A DNA stretch of 64,000 nucleotides from Prochlorococcus sp. AG-409-F19 (GCA_003215795.1 QCJV01000001.1:20548-84547); one strand, 5' to 3'. Positions 42,236 through 54,431 are shown, counted from the stretch's first letter. Translations and numbers: made by a program. The notes: generated by a model from the sequence alone, not told the origin.

Positions 42236-43522
42236 ATGGCCGGATCAGGAAGCCCTCAACCTAAAAAACCCAATCCTCCAAGGAAAGAGCAAAGTGATTT
42301 GCGAAAACCTTTGCAGGTAATGCATATTAGTAGAAAAGATGAGGTTCAATCACAAGAAGATCTTGACTCTAATAATGCAAAAGATAATGCTGAACTCAAG
42401 AGAACAAATTCTACTAAAGACACCAGTGGTAAAACTCTTGTATCTCCATCAAAACCTTTGCAGATTTTAAATCAAGGCAATGATATTCAGGTTGAGATTG
42501 GATCCCAATCTTCAGTAGAGCTGACCATGGGAGATCTTCTTGCTCAAGAAAACCTTCCTCAGCGAAACAAACCAGAATCACCTAGTTACAATTTAGAAGA
42601 TTTTTCTGAAAGGAAAGTTGATGAATTTGACTTTGATGAAGGAGCTTTCCTAGCTGCTTTAGAAGAAAACGAACCAATCGGGAATACAGGAGAGATAGCG
42701 AAAGGGTCAGTTATTGGAGTCGAAAGTGACGGGGTCTATGTTGACATTGGCGGCAAAGCTCCTGGCTTTATGCCTAAAAGTGAATGTGGGCTTGGAGTAA
42801 TAACAAATCTAAAGGAACGCTTTCAAAAAGGGCTTGAAGTCGAGGTATTAGTAACGAGGGAACAAAATGCTGATGGGATGGTTACCATTAGCTGCAGAGC
42901 ATTAGCTCTTCGTAAAAGTTGGGACAAGGCTCTTCAGCTTGCAAAAGAAGGAAAAGTTGTAGAAGTGAAAATAAATGGTTTCAACCGTGGAGGAGTAACT
43001 TGCGATCTTGAAGGTCTAAGAGGTTTCATTCCTAGATCCCAACTTAACGAGGGGGAAAAACATGAATCACTTGTTGGGAAGTTGCTTAATGTTGCCTTTA
43101 TTGAAGTCACCCCAGACAATAGAAAACTTATACTCTCAGAAAAGAAAGCAGCCACTGCAGAAAAATTTTCCAAACTTCAGATAGGACAACTTGTTGAAGG
43201 AAAAATAATTTCAATTAAGCCTTATGGCTTTTTTGTAGACCTTGGAGGAATCAGCGGGCTCCTGCATCAATCTATGATTACAAATGGAAGCCTAAGGTCA
43301 CTGAGAGAAGTTTTTGATCAAGGCGATCAAGTTAAAGCTTTAATTACTGATCTTGATCCTGGGAGGGGGCGAATTGGACTAAATACAGCAATGCTTGAAG
43401 GTCTCCCGGGTGAAATTCTCATTGAGAAAGACAAGGTTTTAAGAGAGGCTGAAGATCGTGCTAAAAAAGCTCAAACCATTCTGAAGCCCAAAGAAGAAGA
43501 AGAAGAAGAAGAACTAAAATGA
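42236..43522 (+). CDS. S1 RNA-binding domain protein (ribosomal protein S1 paralog)
   Basis: Three S1 domains (VDIGGK, LRGFIPRS, KPYGFFVDLGG) after a disordered N-terminus. Confidence 0.9.
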   Translation: MAGSGSPQPKKPNPPRKEQSDLRKPLQVMHISRKDEVQSQEDLDSNNAKDNAELKRTNSTKDTSGKTLVSPSKPLQILNQGNDIQVEIGSQSSVELTMGDLLAQENLPQRNKPESPSYNLEDFSERKVDEFDFDEGAFLAALEENEPIGNTGEIAKGSVIGVESDGVYVDIGGKAPGFMPKSECGLGVITNLKERFQKGLEVEVLVTREQNADGMVTISCRALALRKSWDKALQLAKEGKVVEVKINGFNRGGVTCDLEGLRGFIPRSQLNEGEKHESLVGKLLNVAFIEVTPDNRKLILSEKKAATAEKFSKLQIGQLVEGKIISIKPYGFFVDLGGISGLLHQSMITNGSLRSLREVFDQGDQVKALITDLDPGRGRIGLNTAMLEGLPGEILIEKDKVLREAEDRAKKAQTILKPKEEEEEEELK

Positions 43523-44421
43523 GTAATGCTTCATTAGTGCCGGAAAATAAAAAGCTTAAATCTGCTGATTGGGAGGTTGACTTCTTTTCTCGACCAATAA
43601 TAGAAATTGACGGAAAGAAACGATGGGAATTACTAATCTCTAGCACTCAGGACTTCTCTGGAGAGAAAACCTTTCGTTGGGAAAAAAAATGTCCTTCCAA
43701 TGAAGTTAACTCAATCTGGCTAAGTCAATCTCTTCAAGAAGCCTTAAACGAAGCTCAAAAGCAAGGATGGGAACTGCCAAAAAAAGTTCGTTGCTGGCGA
43801 ACATCAATGAAAACAATGATAAAAAGAGCCGCAGAGAAAGTTGGACTAGAAGTTCTTGAAAGCAGAAGAACATTCTCGCTTTTTGAATGGTTAGAGCAAA
43901 GAGAAAAAGATGTATATCCCAATGAGCCTGGTTTCATCTCAGGCCCAATACTGCCTAGTAACATTGGGATAATTAATCAGCCAGTACCTCTACCAGAAGC
44001 CTTACGAGGGGATGCTTGGAGTTTCTCTTCTATGTCATTGGGAAGCTTACGTGAAGCCAAGGAATGGGCCATGGAATTCAATTCACTGCTACCTATTAAA
44101 GAATCACTCAATGAAAACACTCAAATTCCTGGCCTTCGTTTATTTAGCAAGACAAGAGCATTGGCGGTCTCTGCATGGCTAAGTGGAGTGGAACCCGTAA
44201 GGCTATTAGTTGAAAACAATCAACTGCTTTTGGACGCTGGGCAAGAAGATAGATGGCTAGTTACTGACATGAGCAAAGACTATGCTCAACAAGTCAATAA
44301 TCATTTAAATCAATCTAAGAAAAATGGGGACGGGATTCAATTTATAGCAATTCAAACTTCACCAGAAGAGCAGAATTTCAAGGGATTCTGGATGCTAAAG
44401 GATATTAACTATATAATGTAA
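43519..44421 (+). CDS. Tab2/Atab2 family RNA-binding protein
   Basis: WEVDFFSRPIIEIDGKKRWELLI, VNSIWL and GFWML motifs. Confidence 0.9.
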   Translation: MSNASLVPENKKLKSADWEVDFFSRPIIEIDGKKRWELLISSTQDFSGEKTFRWEKKCPSNEVNSIWLSQSLQEALNEAQKQGWELPKKVRCWRTSMKTMIKRAAEKVGLEVLESRRTFSLFEWLEQREKDVYPNEPGFISGPILPSNIGIINQPVPLPEALRGDAWSFSSMSLGSLREAKEWAMEFNSLLPIKESLNENTQIPGLRLFSKTRALAVSAWLSGVEPVRLLVENNQLLLDAGQEDRWLVTDMSKDYAQQVNNHLNQSKKNGDGIQFIAIQTSPEEQNFKGFWMLKDINYIM

Positions 44422-44445
44422 TGCTTTAATGATTTCTTAAATGCA

Positions 44446-45243
44446 TTGATTAAAAATAATAATCAAACCAAAAGTAAAGAATGGATAAAAGTTACTTGCC
44501 AAGGATCAGTATTCTTGCAATCAAATCTTCTTTTAGAGAAGGGGTTTAAGCATGCTTTCTTTACAAAAAAGGTTGGCAAAAATGAACCCGAGCAATTATT
44601 AAACTTGATAGGCGGTGACACCAGCATTCACTTCCTAAAGCAAGTCCACAGCAACAGAGTAATAAATGCCTCTAAAACCAATACGACAAAACGAATAAAA
44701 GCAGACAGCATCATTAGCGATAATCATTCTCAAAGCTTGTGGGTTTATACAGCAGATTGCATGCCAATTCTAATTGGAGATTCAAAAACGGGGCACGCAG
44801 CCGCAATCCATTCAGGGTGGAAAGGTTTAGTGCAAAAAATCGTAAAAGATACTATCAGGAAATTTGAACTTTGTGGATCCAACAGGGAAAATATTGTAGT
44901 TGCAATCGGTCCAGCAATAAGTGGCTCCAACTATCAAGTTGACGAAGAGCTAGTAATGAAAATGTATAAAAGTATAGGAAAGATGAAGTATGTTTCGAGG
45001 AAAGATATTCTGAACTATATGATAAGCATTAACTGTATAAATTTAGATAAAAAAGAACATAAGTATCTTCTAGATATCAGGGAAATTGCAAAAAAGCAAT
45101 TCCTTTTAGAGGGCATTGCTGCCAATCAGGTCAGCATCAATTCAAACTGTACTTTTAAAGAAGCGCATATGTTTGAGTCTTGGCGAAGAGAACATTCAAG
45201 GTCAAGACAATGGAGTTTTATTCAATCAAGAACATTTAAATAA
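44446..45243 (+). CDS. pgeF: YfiH/PgeF family protein
   Basis: QVHS, TADCMPIL, HSGWKG, GPAI and SWRR motifs. Confidence 0.9.
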   Translation: MIKNNNQTKSKEWIKVTCQGSVFLQSNLLLEKGFKHAFFTKKVGKNEPEQLLNLIGGDTSIHFLKQVHSNRVINASKTNTTKRIKADSIISDNHSQSLWVYTADCMPILIGDSKTGHAAAIHSGWKGLVQKIVKDTIRKFELCGSNRENIVVAIGPAISGSNYQVDEELVMKMYKSIGKMKYVSRKDILNYMISINCINLDKKEHKYLLDIREIAKKQFLLEGIAANQVSINSNCTFKEAHMFESWRREHSRSRQWSFIQSRTFK

Positions 45244-45265
45244 TAATCCTTAGCAATTAAAGTAA

Positions 45266-45601
45266 TTAGCATATAGAGTTGGCATGGCCTAATTTAACCA
45301 TTTGCGATGCAATATCATTGCCTGAATTAAGACTAGTTACTCTTGCAAGTAAAATTCCATCTTCAGATCCTTTTGGGAAAAAGTTTACTTTTGTATGTCT
45401 TGGCAACTCATTCTTAAGCCAATCAATCGCATCTTCTCCCTTAGATTCATCAACACTTATACAAGCAATTTTTACTTTGTAGTTCCTATTATTATCTCCA
45501 ATCTGAAGAATCAATGAACTTGTAACCTGAAGAACTTCTGCAGACAATGCTCTAAATGGAAAAATAAAGAAAATCAACAAAGTACATAAAATTAATTTCA
45601 T
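45266..45601 (-). CDS. Secreted SNase-like OB-fold protein
   Basis: Signal peptide; AEVLQV..LQIGD.NR.YKVKIACI..LLARV..MVKLGHA. Confidence 0.65.
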   Translation of the reverse strand: MKLILCTLLIFFIFPFRALSAEVLQVTSSLILQIGDNNRNYKVKIACISVDESKGEDAIDWLKNELPRHTKVNFFPKGSEDGILLARVTSLNSGNDIASQMVKLGHANSIC

Positions 45602-45657
45602 AGCACTGTGTCAATAAATAAAATTTAAAGGTGAGCACATTTCAAGAAAATTTGTAA

Positions 45658-47418
45658 TCAGTTTTGATCAGGCAATCCAACCATTTCAGAATTACCTTTC
45701 CCAGGAGGAACCATAGGGTAACAATTTTCATCTCTTCTAACATGAACATCTACTAACATTGGTCCTGGCTGTTCAAATGCCTCTTGCAACTTAGTCCTTA
45801 AATCTTTTCGATCTTTAATTAAAATACCACCAATATCAAATGCGTTTGCTAGAGCAACAAAATCAGGCTCACCTTTTAACATGTTAGTGGCTGAATAACG
45901 CTCATCATAGAAACGTTGTTGCCACTGGCGAACCATTCCTTGCCAATGATTATTAATAATAATTATTTTTGTATTTAATTGGTACTGAGAAATAGTGCCC
46001 AATTCTTGAATATTCATTAGGATACTTGCATCTCCGGCAATGCAAATAACTTTGGCATTAGGCAATGCAACTTGAACGCCTAAAGCTGCTGGCATGCCAA
46101 AACCCATAGTACCTAAGCCTCCACTACTAATCCATTGTCGGGGTCCATTCCTTAAATATTGAGCAGCCCACATTTGATGTTGTCCAACATCTGTCGTTAT
46201 ATATGCATCTGGCACCAGATCTCTAATCTCTATTAATATTTCCTGAGGGTATAATTCACCTTCCTTAGTAGGAATTAAAAGTGGATACTTCTCCTTCCAT
46301 GAGTTTATTTGCTCCAACCATTGACTCGTATTTTGTCTAACTTTTCTTTTCTTACTAACTTCAAGTAGCTTACCAAGACTATCACTTAAGTCTCCTAAAA
46401 CAGCTACATCAGCAATTCTATTTTTATTAATCTCGGCTGGATCTACCTCAAAATGAATAACTTTTGCTCTTGGTGCAAATGTATCTAACTTGCCAGTAAC
46501 TCTATCATCAAAACGTGCTCCAATTGCTATAAGTAAATCACATTCAGTAACTGCAAAATTCGCATAAGCCGTGCCATGCATACCTAACATTCCAACAGAG
46601 AGTTCATCACGTTCGTCATATGCACCCTTCCCCATCAATGTTGTTGTCACCGGTAATTGATAACGTTTTGCTAATTCGGCCAAATTTTCATGCGCACTTG
46701 AAGCAATAACTCCCCCTCCTACATAAAGTAATGGGCGCTCAGACTCCTGAATTAAATCAAGCGCACTATTAATAGAATTAAAATCTGCAGAAACTGAGGT
46801 CTTAAATCCAGCTGGGATGACTGAGCCAGGTTCAACTGGGATGTAATCAAACAATTCTTGTCCTACATCCTTAGGAATATCAACGAGTACAGGTCCAGGC
46901 CGACCAGATGATGCAATAAAAAAAGCTTGTGCAACAACAGATGCAATTTCAGAGGGATCTCTTACTACCCAAGAATGTTTCACAATTGGCAAAGTAATTC
47001 CAAAAATATCGGTTTCCTGAAAAGCATCTGTTCCAATAGCCGGTCTTGGGACTTGACCAGTAATAACAACTAAAGGTACAGAGTCCATTTGGGCAGTTGC
47101 TATGCCAGTAACCAAATTTGTTGCGCCTGGGCCTGACGTACCAAAACAAACTCCGACCTTTCCTGTAGCTCTAGCGAAACCATCTGCCGCATGAGAACCA
47201 CCTTGCTCATGTCTAATAAGAATATGCTTAAGCCATCCTTGTCTTTCTGCTTTATAAACAGCATCATATATAGGAAGAATCGCACCTCCTGGATAGCCAA
47301 AAACAGTATCTACCCCATGCCTTCGAAGAGAGTCCATAAGGGCATCTGCCCCTAAAATCTGTTTTCGCTCCTGATTCGCAGAATCATCTAGACCTAAATG
47401 TAAAGACGACAGTGTCAC
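45658..47418 (-). CDS. ilvB: Acetolactate synthase large subunit
   Basis: [25 protein letters not shown] and GDAS motifs. Confidence 0.97.
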   Translation of the reverse strand: MTLSSLHLGLDDSANQERKQILGADALMDSLRRHGVDTVFGYPGGAILPIYDAVYKAERQGWLKHILIRHEQGGSHAADGFARATGKVGVCFGTSGPGATNLVTGIATAQMDSVPLVVITGQVPRPAIGTDAFQETDIFGITLPIVKHSWVVRDPSEIASVVAQAFFIASSGRPGPVLVDIPKDVGQELFDYIPVEPGSVIPAGFKTSVSADFNSINSALDLIQESERPLLYVGGGVIASSAHENLAELAKRYQLPVTTTLMGKGAYDERDELSVGMLGMHGTAYANFAVTECDLLIAIGARFDDRVTGKLDTFAPRAKVIHFEVDPAEINKNRIADVAVLGDLSDSLGKLLEVSKKRKVRQNTSQWLEQINSWKEKYPLLIPTKEGELYPQEILIEIRDLVPDAYITTDVGQHQMWAAQYLRNGPRQWISSGGLGTMGFGMPAALGVQVALPNAKVICIAGDASILMNIQELGTISQYQLNTKIIIINNHWQGMVRQWQQRFYDERYSATNMLKGEPDFVALANAFDIGGILIKDRKDLRTKLQEAFEQPGPMLVDVHVRRDENCYPMVPPGKGNSEMVGLPDQN

Positions 47419-47554
47419 GATATAGAACAGTTAGTCATAAATGATGTTATATGGATAATGTTCTTTTGACTAGAAAAACGATATAGAGATTGAAAAGATT
47501 AAACTCTTATAAACATTCCATTTTCCAAAATTGATTTTCTAAAAGAACAAATTC

Positions 47555-48730
47555 TCAAAGTAATCCAATAAAATGTAAGGGCCCATTCCCTATCACTAGC
47601 TCTAAAAGACAAACAATAAAAACAAACATTGCAACCCTCCCATTCCAAACTTCTGCGCTATTGTTCCAACCCCATTGCCATTTTTCTTGAGGGTAAAGCT
47701 TAACTTTATCTGGCAATTTAGCAGCTGCATCAAGACTTATTTCAGGACCTTCCAAACAAGAAGTTACTAAATCAGCAAGACCCTTAATAAAAGCTGGATC
47801 AGTATCTAGTGCCTTAACTCTTCTAAAATTAACTATTCCATGCTTAAGAGCAATTTCTTTATACTCAATATCTATCTCCTGAAGTGTCTCTATATGTTCA
47901 CTAACAAAGCTTATGGGAACAACAATCAACTCTTCTATGCCATTAGAACCAAGCTCTTCCAAAACATCCTCTGTATATGGCTTCAGCCATTCTTCTGGGC
48001 CAACCCTGCTTTGATAAGAAAGGGTGTATGTATTACTAAAGCCTAAAGATCTTTCAACCCTATCGATAATCAATAAAGAACAATCTTCTATTTCATCCTT
48101 ATAAGGGTCTCCTGCTTCTTCCACATAACTTCTAGGCACACCATGAGCAGTAAAGCAAATATGAGCCTTTTCTGGGGATGAACAAGAAACTATTTCTTTT
48201 TCTATTAGCTTTGCCATAGCCTCAATGTACCCAGGATTATCAAACCAACTTCGAATGCACCTTATAGATAAATTTTTAAAAGCATTGTCAGATTCACGCA
48301 AACGACGTAACTCTCTGAAGCTTGAACCACTAGTACTAATTGAGAAGTGGGGATAAAGCGGAAGTACTACAACTTCACTAATTTTATCTGCCTTGATATC
48401 TTCAACAGCTGACTCTGTAAAAGGATGCCAGTAGCGCATGGCAACATAACTAGTTGCTTCAATCCCCCTTTTTCGAAGTTCACTTTGCAACTCTCTAGCT
48501 TGTTGCTCAGTAATTCTTCGCAAAGGAGAACCTCCACCAATTGCCTGATAAGCTTTTTGAGACTTTGAACTTCTAAGACTGCTAATAAACCAAGCTAAAG
48601 GCTTCTGGAACAACTTAATAGGGATTCTAATTATCTCTGGATCTGAAAAGAGATTATAAAGAAATGGTCCCACATCTTTAATTCTCTCAGGACCCCCAAG
48701 ATTCATTAAAAGTACGCCTACACGAGTCAT
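47555..48730 (-). CDS. hemH: Ferrochelatase with C-terminal CAB domain
   Basis: [22 protein letters not shown] and SEHIETL motifs; [13 protein letters not shown] motif. Confidence 0.97.
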   Translation of the reverse strand: MTRVGVLLMNLGGPERIKDVGPFLYNLFSDPEIIRIPIKLFQKPLAWFISSLRSSKSQKAYQAIGGGSPLRRITEQQARELQSELRKRGIEATSYVAMRYWHPFTESAVEDIKADKISEVVVLPLYPHFSISTSGSSFRELRRLRESDNAFKNLSIRCIRSWFDNPGYIEAMAKLIEKEIVSCSSPEKAHICFTAHGVPRSYVEEAGDPYKDEIEDCSLLIIDRVERSLGFSNTYTLSYQSRVGPEEWLKPYTEDVLEELGSNGIEELIVVPISFVSEHIETLQEIDIEYKEIALKHGIVNFRRVKALDTDPAFIKGLADLVTSCLEGPEISLDAAAKLPDKVKLYPQEKWQWGWNNSAEVWNGRVAMFVFIVCLLELVIGNGPLHFIGLL

Positions 48731-48799
48731 TAAAAAATCTTCCTTAGGGGTTGAGCTTAACGCGGAACGACGTCAATGTATCTATAACTATTTAAACCA

Positions 48800-49951
48800 A
48801 TGAGTTTCAAAAGTGAACTTCTGAATATCAATCAAAAGCTTGCTCAAAAAGGTATAAAGCTTCGCATTGAGAAACGAGGGCATCGACTTAGTCTAAGAGG
48901 TCCACTGCCATGCCAAGACAACCCCAACGAAACAAAAGATCAACGAATTAGTTTAGGTCTTGAGCCCAATGAAACAGGTTTGGAGCAAGCTGCAAAAACC
49001 CTTAATTTCCTTTATCTTCAAATTGAACATAATCAATTTAATTGGGAAAATTGGTCTCAAAGTAAATCTAATTCGACTGCTAAAAATAATCAGTCCAATA
49101 TCGAAGAAGTAATTGATGAGTTTAAATCAAATTTCTTTAATAATCCAACGCGAAAAGGGTCAAAAGCCAGTACTAGAACAAATTGGGGCTCTTCATATCT
49201 TCCATATCTACAAAGACTTAAGGTAATAGCTGCTAAGAGCAATAGAAAGCTAAGTAAAGCTTTATTGATCGAAACCTTAAAGAGTTATGCAGAGAATAGT
49301 CGAAGCAGGCAACAATGTGGAATTAGCCTCAAAGCACTTGGAGACTATTGCAAAATTCAGCTTCCAAGTAATTGGAGATCACTCGCTTATGGCTATGGTT
49401 TACATAAAGCACAGTTCAGGAAATTGCCAAGTGATAAGCAAATAGAAGAAGTATATAAAATGATACCTAATCCAAAATGGAAATCAGTATATGGGTTAAT
49501 GGCTACTTATGGGCTAAGAAATCACGAGGTATTTTTTTGTGACTTATCATGCCTTATGGAAGGTGGGGATAGAATATTAAGGGTCTTCCCTAGTACAAAG
49601 ACTGGTGAACATCAAGTCTGGCCCTTTCACCCTGAGTGGGTAAACAAATTTAAATTAAATGAGATTTCTAATAAAGAGGATTTTCTTCCAGCAATTACAA
49701 CTGATCTAACAAAAACAACATTACAAAATGTAGGGAGAAGAGTTTCGGAGCAATTCAGAAGATATCAATTACCTCTTACTCCTTACAATCTTAGACACGC
49801 TTGGGCTATTCGAACAATTCATATTGGTCTTCCCGATACAGTGTCAGCAAGAATGATGGGCCACTCTGTAGCTATTCACACTAAAACTTATCATCATTGG
49901 ATTACTCGGAGAGACCAACAAAAAGCAGTTGATAAAGCTTTGAGTGCATAA
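48800..49951 (+). CDS. Tyrosine recombinase
   Basis: YGLRNHE, TKTG, YNLRHAW and MMGHS..HTKTY catalytic residues. Confidence 0.9.
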   Translation: MSFKSELLNINQKLAQKGIKLRIEKRGHRLSLRGPLPCQDNPNETKDQRISLGLEPNETGLEQAAKTLNFLYLQIEHNQFNWENWSQSKSNSTAKNNQSNIEEVIDEFKSNFFNNPTRKGSKASTRTNWGSSYLPYLQRLKVIAAKSNRKLSKALLIETLKSYAENSRSRQQCGISLKALGDYCKIQLPSNWRSLAYGYGLHKAQFRKLPSDKQIEEVYKMIPNPKWKSVYGLMATYGLRNHEVFFCDLSCLMEGGDRILRVFPSTKTGEHQVWPFHPEWVNKFKLNEISNKEDFLPAITTDLTKTTLQNVGRRVSEQFRRYQLPLTPYNLRHAWAIRTIHIGLPDTVSARMMGHSVAIHTKTYHHWITRRDQQKAVDKALSA

Positions 49952-50004
49952 TCTATTAATGTTAAAAGAATTAAGCTATTAAACTTTAAAGATAAATTAT
50001 TAAA

Positions 50005-50712
50005 ATGTTTAATTTATTAATGGGTAGAGAAATCCCAAAAAGCAAAAAATCACTAGAAAGTCTTGATCAAGAATCAGAGAGGCTTGGTATTGGTGGTTTT
50101 TCGAATAAGAATTCTAATGAAGACAAATATAAAAAAAGAATGCAACAACGCAAAGAAGTTCAAAGTAAAAGAGTATCCGAGAGAGGACTAGAGAAAGGCC
50201 TGAAAATTGTTTTTACAGGTCAAGGGAAAGGGAAAACCACAGCTGCTCTTGGAATGGCGATTAGGTGCTTAGGACATGGCGAAAATGTAGCAATCGTTCA
50301 ATTTATCAAAGGTGGCTGGGAGCCGGGAGAGTCAAAAGCTTTTACAATCTATGGTGAACAAATTAAATGGCATGCATTAGGTGAAGGCTTTACTTGGGAG
50401 ACACAAGACAGACAAAGAGACAAGGAATTAGCGGCCTTAGCCTGGGAGCAATCTCTAGAGTATCTATCAAGTTCTAACTATAAGTTAGTCATTCTTGATG
50501 AAGTGAATATAGCTATAAAGCTTGGGTACCTTTCAGTTAATAAAGTTATAGAGGGAATCATGCAAAGGCCTAAGTTGACTCATGTTGTTTTAACTGGAAG
50601 AGGTGCCAAAGAAGAGCTAATAAAGGTTGCTGACCTTGTGACTGAGATGAATCTAATTAAACATCCTTTCAAAGAGCAAGGTATAAAAGCCCAGCAAGGA
50701 GTTGAATTTTAA
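50005..50712 (+). CDS. cobO: Cob(I)yrinic acid a,c-diamide adenosyltransferase
   Basis: TGQGKGKTTAA, QFIKG, LDE, LTGR and ADLVTEM motifs; start could be 50020. Confidence 0.95.
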   Translation: MFNLLMGREIPKSKKSLESLDQESERLGIGGFSNKNSNEDKYKKRMQQRKEVQSKRVSERGLEKGLKIVFTGQGKGKTTAALGMAIRCLGHGENVAIVQFIKGGWEPGESKAFTIYGEQIKWHALGEGFTWETQDRQRDKELAALAWEQSLEYLSSSNYKLVILDEVNIAIKLGYLSVNKVIEGIMQRPKLTHVVLTGRGAKEELIKVADLVTEMNLIKHPFKEQGIKAQQGVEF

Positions 50713-50948
50713 AAATAGAATAATTTTTCATTAATTGTTTTTTAAACTTAAGAGACAGCAAATTGAGCTCAATCACTGAACTTAATATCTCCTTTCTACT
50801 TCTACTAAGGTCTATTAGGAATATAAGAGATTCATTAAGGTGAAATAGATTCACATTCATGTTGATGTGTCTGATCTCACGAACAAATCCATCTGAGATC
50901 AAGCGAAAGATAAATCCCTTGCTACTGTCATTTAGAACTTGACAGTTA

Positions 50949-51662
50949 ATGGCTTACTCAAGAGTACTCTTAAAACTTAGTGGCGAAGCCCTAATGGGAA
51001 CCAAGCCATATGGGATAGACCCCGAGATAGTGCAATCAATTGCGAAAGATGTTTCAAAAGTGGTTGATGTAGGAACACAACTAGCGATTGTTGTTGGAGG
51101 TGGAAATATTTTTCGAGGTCTCAAAGGATCTTCTGCAGGAATGGATAGAGCGACAGCAGACTATGTTGGGATGTTGGCCACAGTCATGAATGCAATCACA
51201 CTTCAAGATGGTTTAGAAAGAGCAGGCGTTCCAACTAGAGTACAAACAGCTATTGAAATGCAACAAATCGCTGAGCCATATATTCGCCGTAGAGCAATAA
51301 GGCATCTTGAGAAAGGCAGGGTAGTAGTTTTTGGAGGTGGCTGTGGGAATCCATTCTTCACAACAGATACGACATCTGCACTAAGGGCTGCCGAAATAAA
51401 TGCTGATGTTATATTTAAAGCCACTAAGGTAGATGGAGTTTATAACAAGGATCCCAAAAAATATTCAGATGCTATTAAATATGATTCATTATCTTTTCAA
51501 GATGTACTTAGTCAAGAAATAGCTGTAATGGATAGTACTGCCATTGCCCTATGTAAAGATAATAAAATACCCATAATAGTTTTTAATATTTTCGAGCCAG
51601 GAAATATTAATAAAGCAGTAGCAGGAGAAGCAATAGGATCACGTATTGGAAATTCAAGCTAA
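50949..51662 (+). CDS. pyrH: UMP kinase
   Basis: [17 protein letters not shown] and NPFFTTD motifs. Confidence 0.98.
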   Translation: MAYSRVLLKLSGEALMGTKPYGIDPEIVQSIAKDVSKVVDVGTQLAIVVGGGNIFRGLKGSSAGMDRATADYVGMLATVMNAITLQDGLERAGVPTRVQTAIEMQQIAEPYIRRRAIRHLEKGRVVVFGGGCGNPFFTTDTTSALRAAEINADVIFKATKVDGVYNKDPKKYSDAIKYDSLSFQDVLSQEIAVMDSTAIALCKDNKIPIIVFNIFEPGNINKAVAGEAIGSRIGNSS

Positions 51663-51708
51663 TCTTTCTTTTAAATGATTTTTTCTTCATTAATTTCAAA
51701 GGAATCAA

Positions 51709-52257
51709 ATGGTTACTAAAGAAGTCGAATTAAACATGCAGAAATCTGTTGAAGCTTCTCAACGCAACTTCAATACAATAAGGACTGGTCGAGCGAATAC
51801 ATCTCTTTTAGATCGCCTAACAGTAGAATATTATGGGGTAGATACACCTCTAAAATCCTTAGCAACTATTTCAACTCCAGACTCACAAACTATTGCAATA
51901 CAACCGTTTGATTTAAGTTCATTAGCACTAATAGAAAAATCTATTTCTACAAGCGACCTTGGTTTTACACCTAACAATGATGGAAAGATAATTCGTATAA
52001 ATGTCCCTCCCTTAACAGAAGAAAGGAGAAAACAATTTTGCAAGTTAGCTTCAAAATATGCTGAAGAAGCAAAAATAGCTCTTCGCAACATTAGAAGAGA
52101 TGCAATTGAAAAGATTAAAGTATCAGAGAAAGACAGTGATTTATCGGAAGATCAAAGTCGTGATCAACAAGATTCGATACAAAAGCTAACTGATAAATAT
52201 ATCAAGGAAATTGAAAAGAATCTTTCAAAGAAAGAACAAGAAATTTTAAAAGTGTGA
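51709..52257 (+). CDS. frr: Ribosome recycling factor
   Basis: [15 protein letters not shown] and RNIRRD motifs. Confidence 0.98.
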   Translation: MVTKEVELNMQKSVEASQRNFNTIRTGRANTSLLDRLTVEYYGVDTPLKSLATISTPDSQTIAIQPFDLSSLALIEKSISTSDLGFTPNNDGKIIRINVPPLTEERRKQFCKLASKYAEEAKIALRNIRRDAIEKIKVSEKDSDLSEDQSRDQQDSIQKLTDKYIKEIEKNLSKKEQEILKV

Positions 52258-53381
52258 CTTCTACTGATGTTTTAATTATTGGGGGAGGTGCAGCTGGTTG
52301 TTCAACCGCTTTTCACTTAGCAAATACTGGGAATAAAGTAGCTCTTGTTGAGAAGAATTCAAGTTTCCCTTTGCGGTCTTGTGGTGGAGGGATGGCCGCA
52401 TCAGTACAAAAATTATATCCATTCTCGCTGGAGGAAGCAGTTGAGGAAGTTATTAGAAGAGTCGAATTCAGCTGGTGCTTATCAGATCAAGTCATTGCAG
52501 AGCTTCCAGGAGACTCCCCTTTTTGGATAACCAGAAGGGAAAGACTCGATGAGCTCCTCCTCCAACATGCAATTGATCAAGGGGCAGATTTTTTTAATTC
52601 ATTTGAAGTGAAAGATATACAGAAAAACAACAGTAGATGGCAGGTCATTTCCAAGGATGGTCGCCAAATTGAATGTAAATGCTTAGTAATTGCAGATGGA
52701 TCAAGTTCACCTTGGGCTGAAAAATTTAAGATTGGCCCAAGAAAACTTCATTATGCTTCTACAACTTCTGTCCGATTACAGGGCAGAGGTTTATTAAAGT
52801 CAAATACTTCAAGATTTGAATTTGGATTGGTTCATCATGGTTTTGCATGGGCTTTTCCTTTAAAAGACTCTGTGAACATTGGAGTAGGTACATTCATTGG
52901 CAATCAGTTCTCAGACAGCAAGCAAATACTCAACCAACTGCTCCCAAACTTAGGTTTCGAGCAAGATGCTGGGATAAGAAGGGATTCTAAATTGAGAGTA
53001 TGGAATGGTCACAGTTCTCTTCACGGGGAAGGCATAGTAGTGGTTGGTGACGCAGCATCTCTATGCGATCCATTTCTAGCTGAAGGCTTGAGACCTTCTT
53101 TAATTAGTGGATGTGAAGCTGCAAAATGCATAAATTGTTGGCTAAAAGGAGACACAACTGACTTAAGAAACTACACATTTTCAATGAAGAAAAAATGGGG
53201 AGATTCTATGGCTTGGGGAAGAAGAATATCTCAAGTTTTCTACCGATTTCCAAAGATTGGGTATAATCTGGGGATTAAAAGACCAACAGCTCCTCAAAGA
53301 ATTGCACAAATACTATCTGGAGAGATGGGATATGGAGATATTGCTCAAAGAGTTATAAAAAGATTGCTCTTGCAAAGATAA
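52254..53381 (+). CDS. Geranylgeranyl reductase-family FAD oxidoreductase
   Basis: [19 protein letters not shown] and GDAA..DPFLAEG motifs. Confidence 0.85.
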   Translation: MTSTDVLIIGGGAAGCSTAFHLANTGNKVALVEKNSSFPLRSCGGGMAASVQKLYPFSLEEAVEEVIRRVEFSWCLSDQVIAELPGDSPFWITRRERLDELLLQHAIDQGADFFNSFEVKDIQKNNSRWQVISKDGRQIECKCLVIADGSSSPWAEKFKIGPRKLHYASTTSVRLQGRGLLKSNTSRFEFGLVHHGFAWAFPLKDSVNIGVGTFIGNQFSDSKQILNQLLPNLGFEQDAGIRRDSKLRVWNGHSSLHGEGIVVVGDAASLCDPFLAEGLRPSLISGCEAAKCINCWLKGDTTDLRNYTFSMKKKWGDSMAWGRRISQVFYRFPKIGYNLGIKRPTAPQRIAQILSGEMGYGDIAQRVIKRLLLQR

Positions 53382-53423
53382 TTAAATGTTTAAAAAATGA
53401 AGTATTTACTCTAGTTCATCTGA

Positions 53424-54431
53424 TTACCTTGCACTTAAGATAACTTCAGTGTCACTCTCAATAGAACAAAGTCTTTCTTTTAATAGTATCTCTAATTGCT
53501 CGATTGCCTTGCTAAAGTTAACAATTCCCTCTTGAAGTTTCTCAGAAGCCATGCGATCTGATTCTAGCATTATCTTAAAATCAACTTCATTTAAATGAAT
53601 CCTATCTGAAGAGCCAGATACTTCTATAGGGTCCAGCTTTCTAATTAAATCTGAATTATCATTTTCCAATTCCTTTAAAAACTTTGGAGATATTGTTAGC
53701 AAGTCACATCCTGCTAGTTCTAATATCTCATCAACATTCCTAAAACTTGCTCCCATTACCTCAGTCTTATAATTATGAGCTTTGTAATAATTATAAATCT
53801 TTGATACTGAAATCACACCAGGGTCTTCGTTACCTGGATAAGACTCCTTACCAGTTTCTGCCTTATACCAATCTAGAATACGGCCTACAAAAGGTGAAAT
53901 TAACGTCACGCCTGCTTCTGCACATGCGATAGCCTGTGAAAAGCCAAATAGCAAGGTTAAGTTACAGTGAATTCCCTCTTTTTCTAAAACCTCAGCAGCT
54001 TTAACACCTTCCCAAGTAGATGCAATTTTGATGAGGACTCTGTCCTCATTGATTCCATCTTGTTTGTATAGATTAATAATTTTACGTGCCTTATTAATAG
54101 TTCCATCCTTATCAAAACTCAACCGAGCATCAACCTCAGTCGAAACTCTCCCAGGAATAATCTTAAGAATTTCTTTGCCGAAAATTACACATACCTCATC
54201 AATTGCTTCGCTAACGACTTCATCAGATGATGCTTGAGAGCCTATTATTTTTCTAGAAGACTTAAGTGCTTGATCAATTAAATCCTGATAGGCAGGTATC
54301 TGCGCAGCAGCCAAGATCAGAGATGGATTAGTTGTTGCATCTCTTGGCTGGAAGTCACGAATTGCCTCTAAGTCACCCGTATCAGCCACTACAACAGTCA
54401 TTGATGAAAGCTGTTCAAGCAAACTCGCCAT
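53424..54431 (-). CDS. tal: Transaldolase
   Basis: [24 protein letters not shown] and SPFVGRI motifs. Confidence 0.97.
   Translation of the reverse strand: MASLLEQLSSMTVVVADTGDLEAIRDFQPRDATTNPSLILAAAQIPAYQDLIDQALKSSRKIIGSQASSDEVVSEAIDEVCVIFGKEILKIIPGRVSTEVDARLSFDKDGTINKARKIINLYKQDGINEDRVLIKIASTWEGVKAAEVLEKEGIHCNLTLLFGFSQAIACAEAGVTLISPFVGRILDWYKAETGKESYPGNEDPGVISVSKIYNYYKAHNYKTEVMGASFRNVDEILELAGCDLLTISPKFLKELENDNSDLIRKLDPIEVSGSSDRIHLNEVDFKIMLESDRMASEKLQEGIVNFSKAIEQLEILLKERLCSIESDTEVILSAR

Noticed and set aside
43493-43513. GAA trinucleotide run
   Set aside because: Encodes the in-frame acidic tail of the S1 protein
48800-49951. Prophage or genomic island at the recombinase
   Set aside because: Flanked directly by core genes; no cargo or att repeats seen
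50669-50902. 77-aa minus-strand ORF between cobO and pyrH
   Set aside because: Overlaps the cobO 3' end, non-ATG start, no recognisable motif
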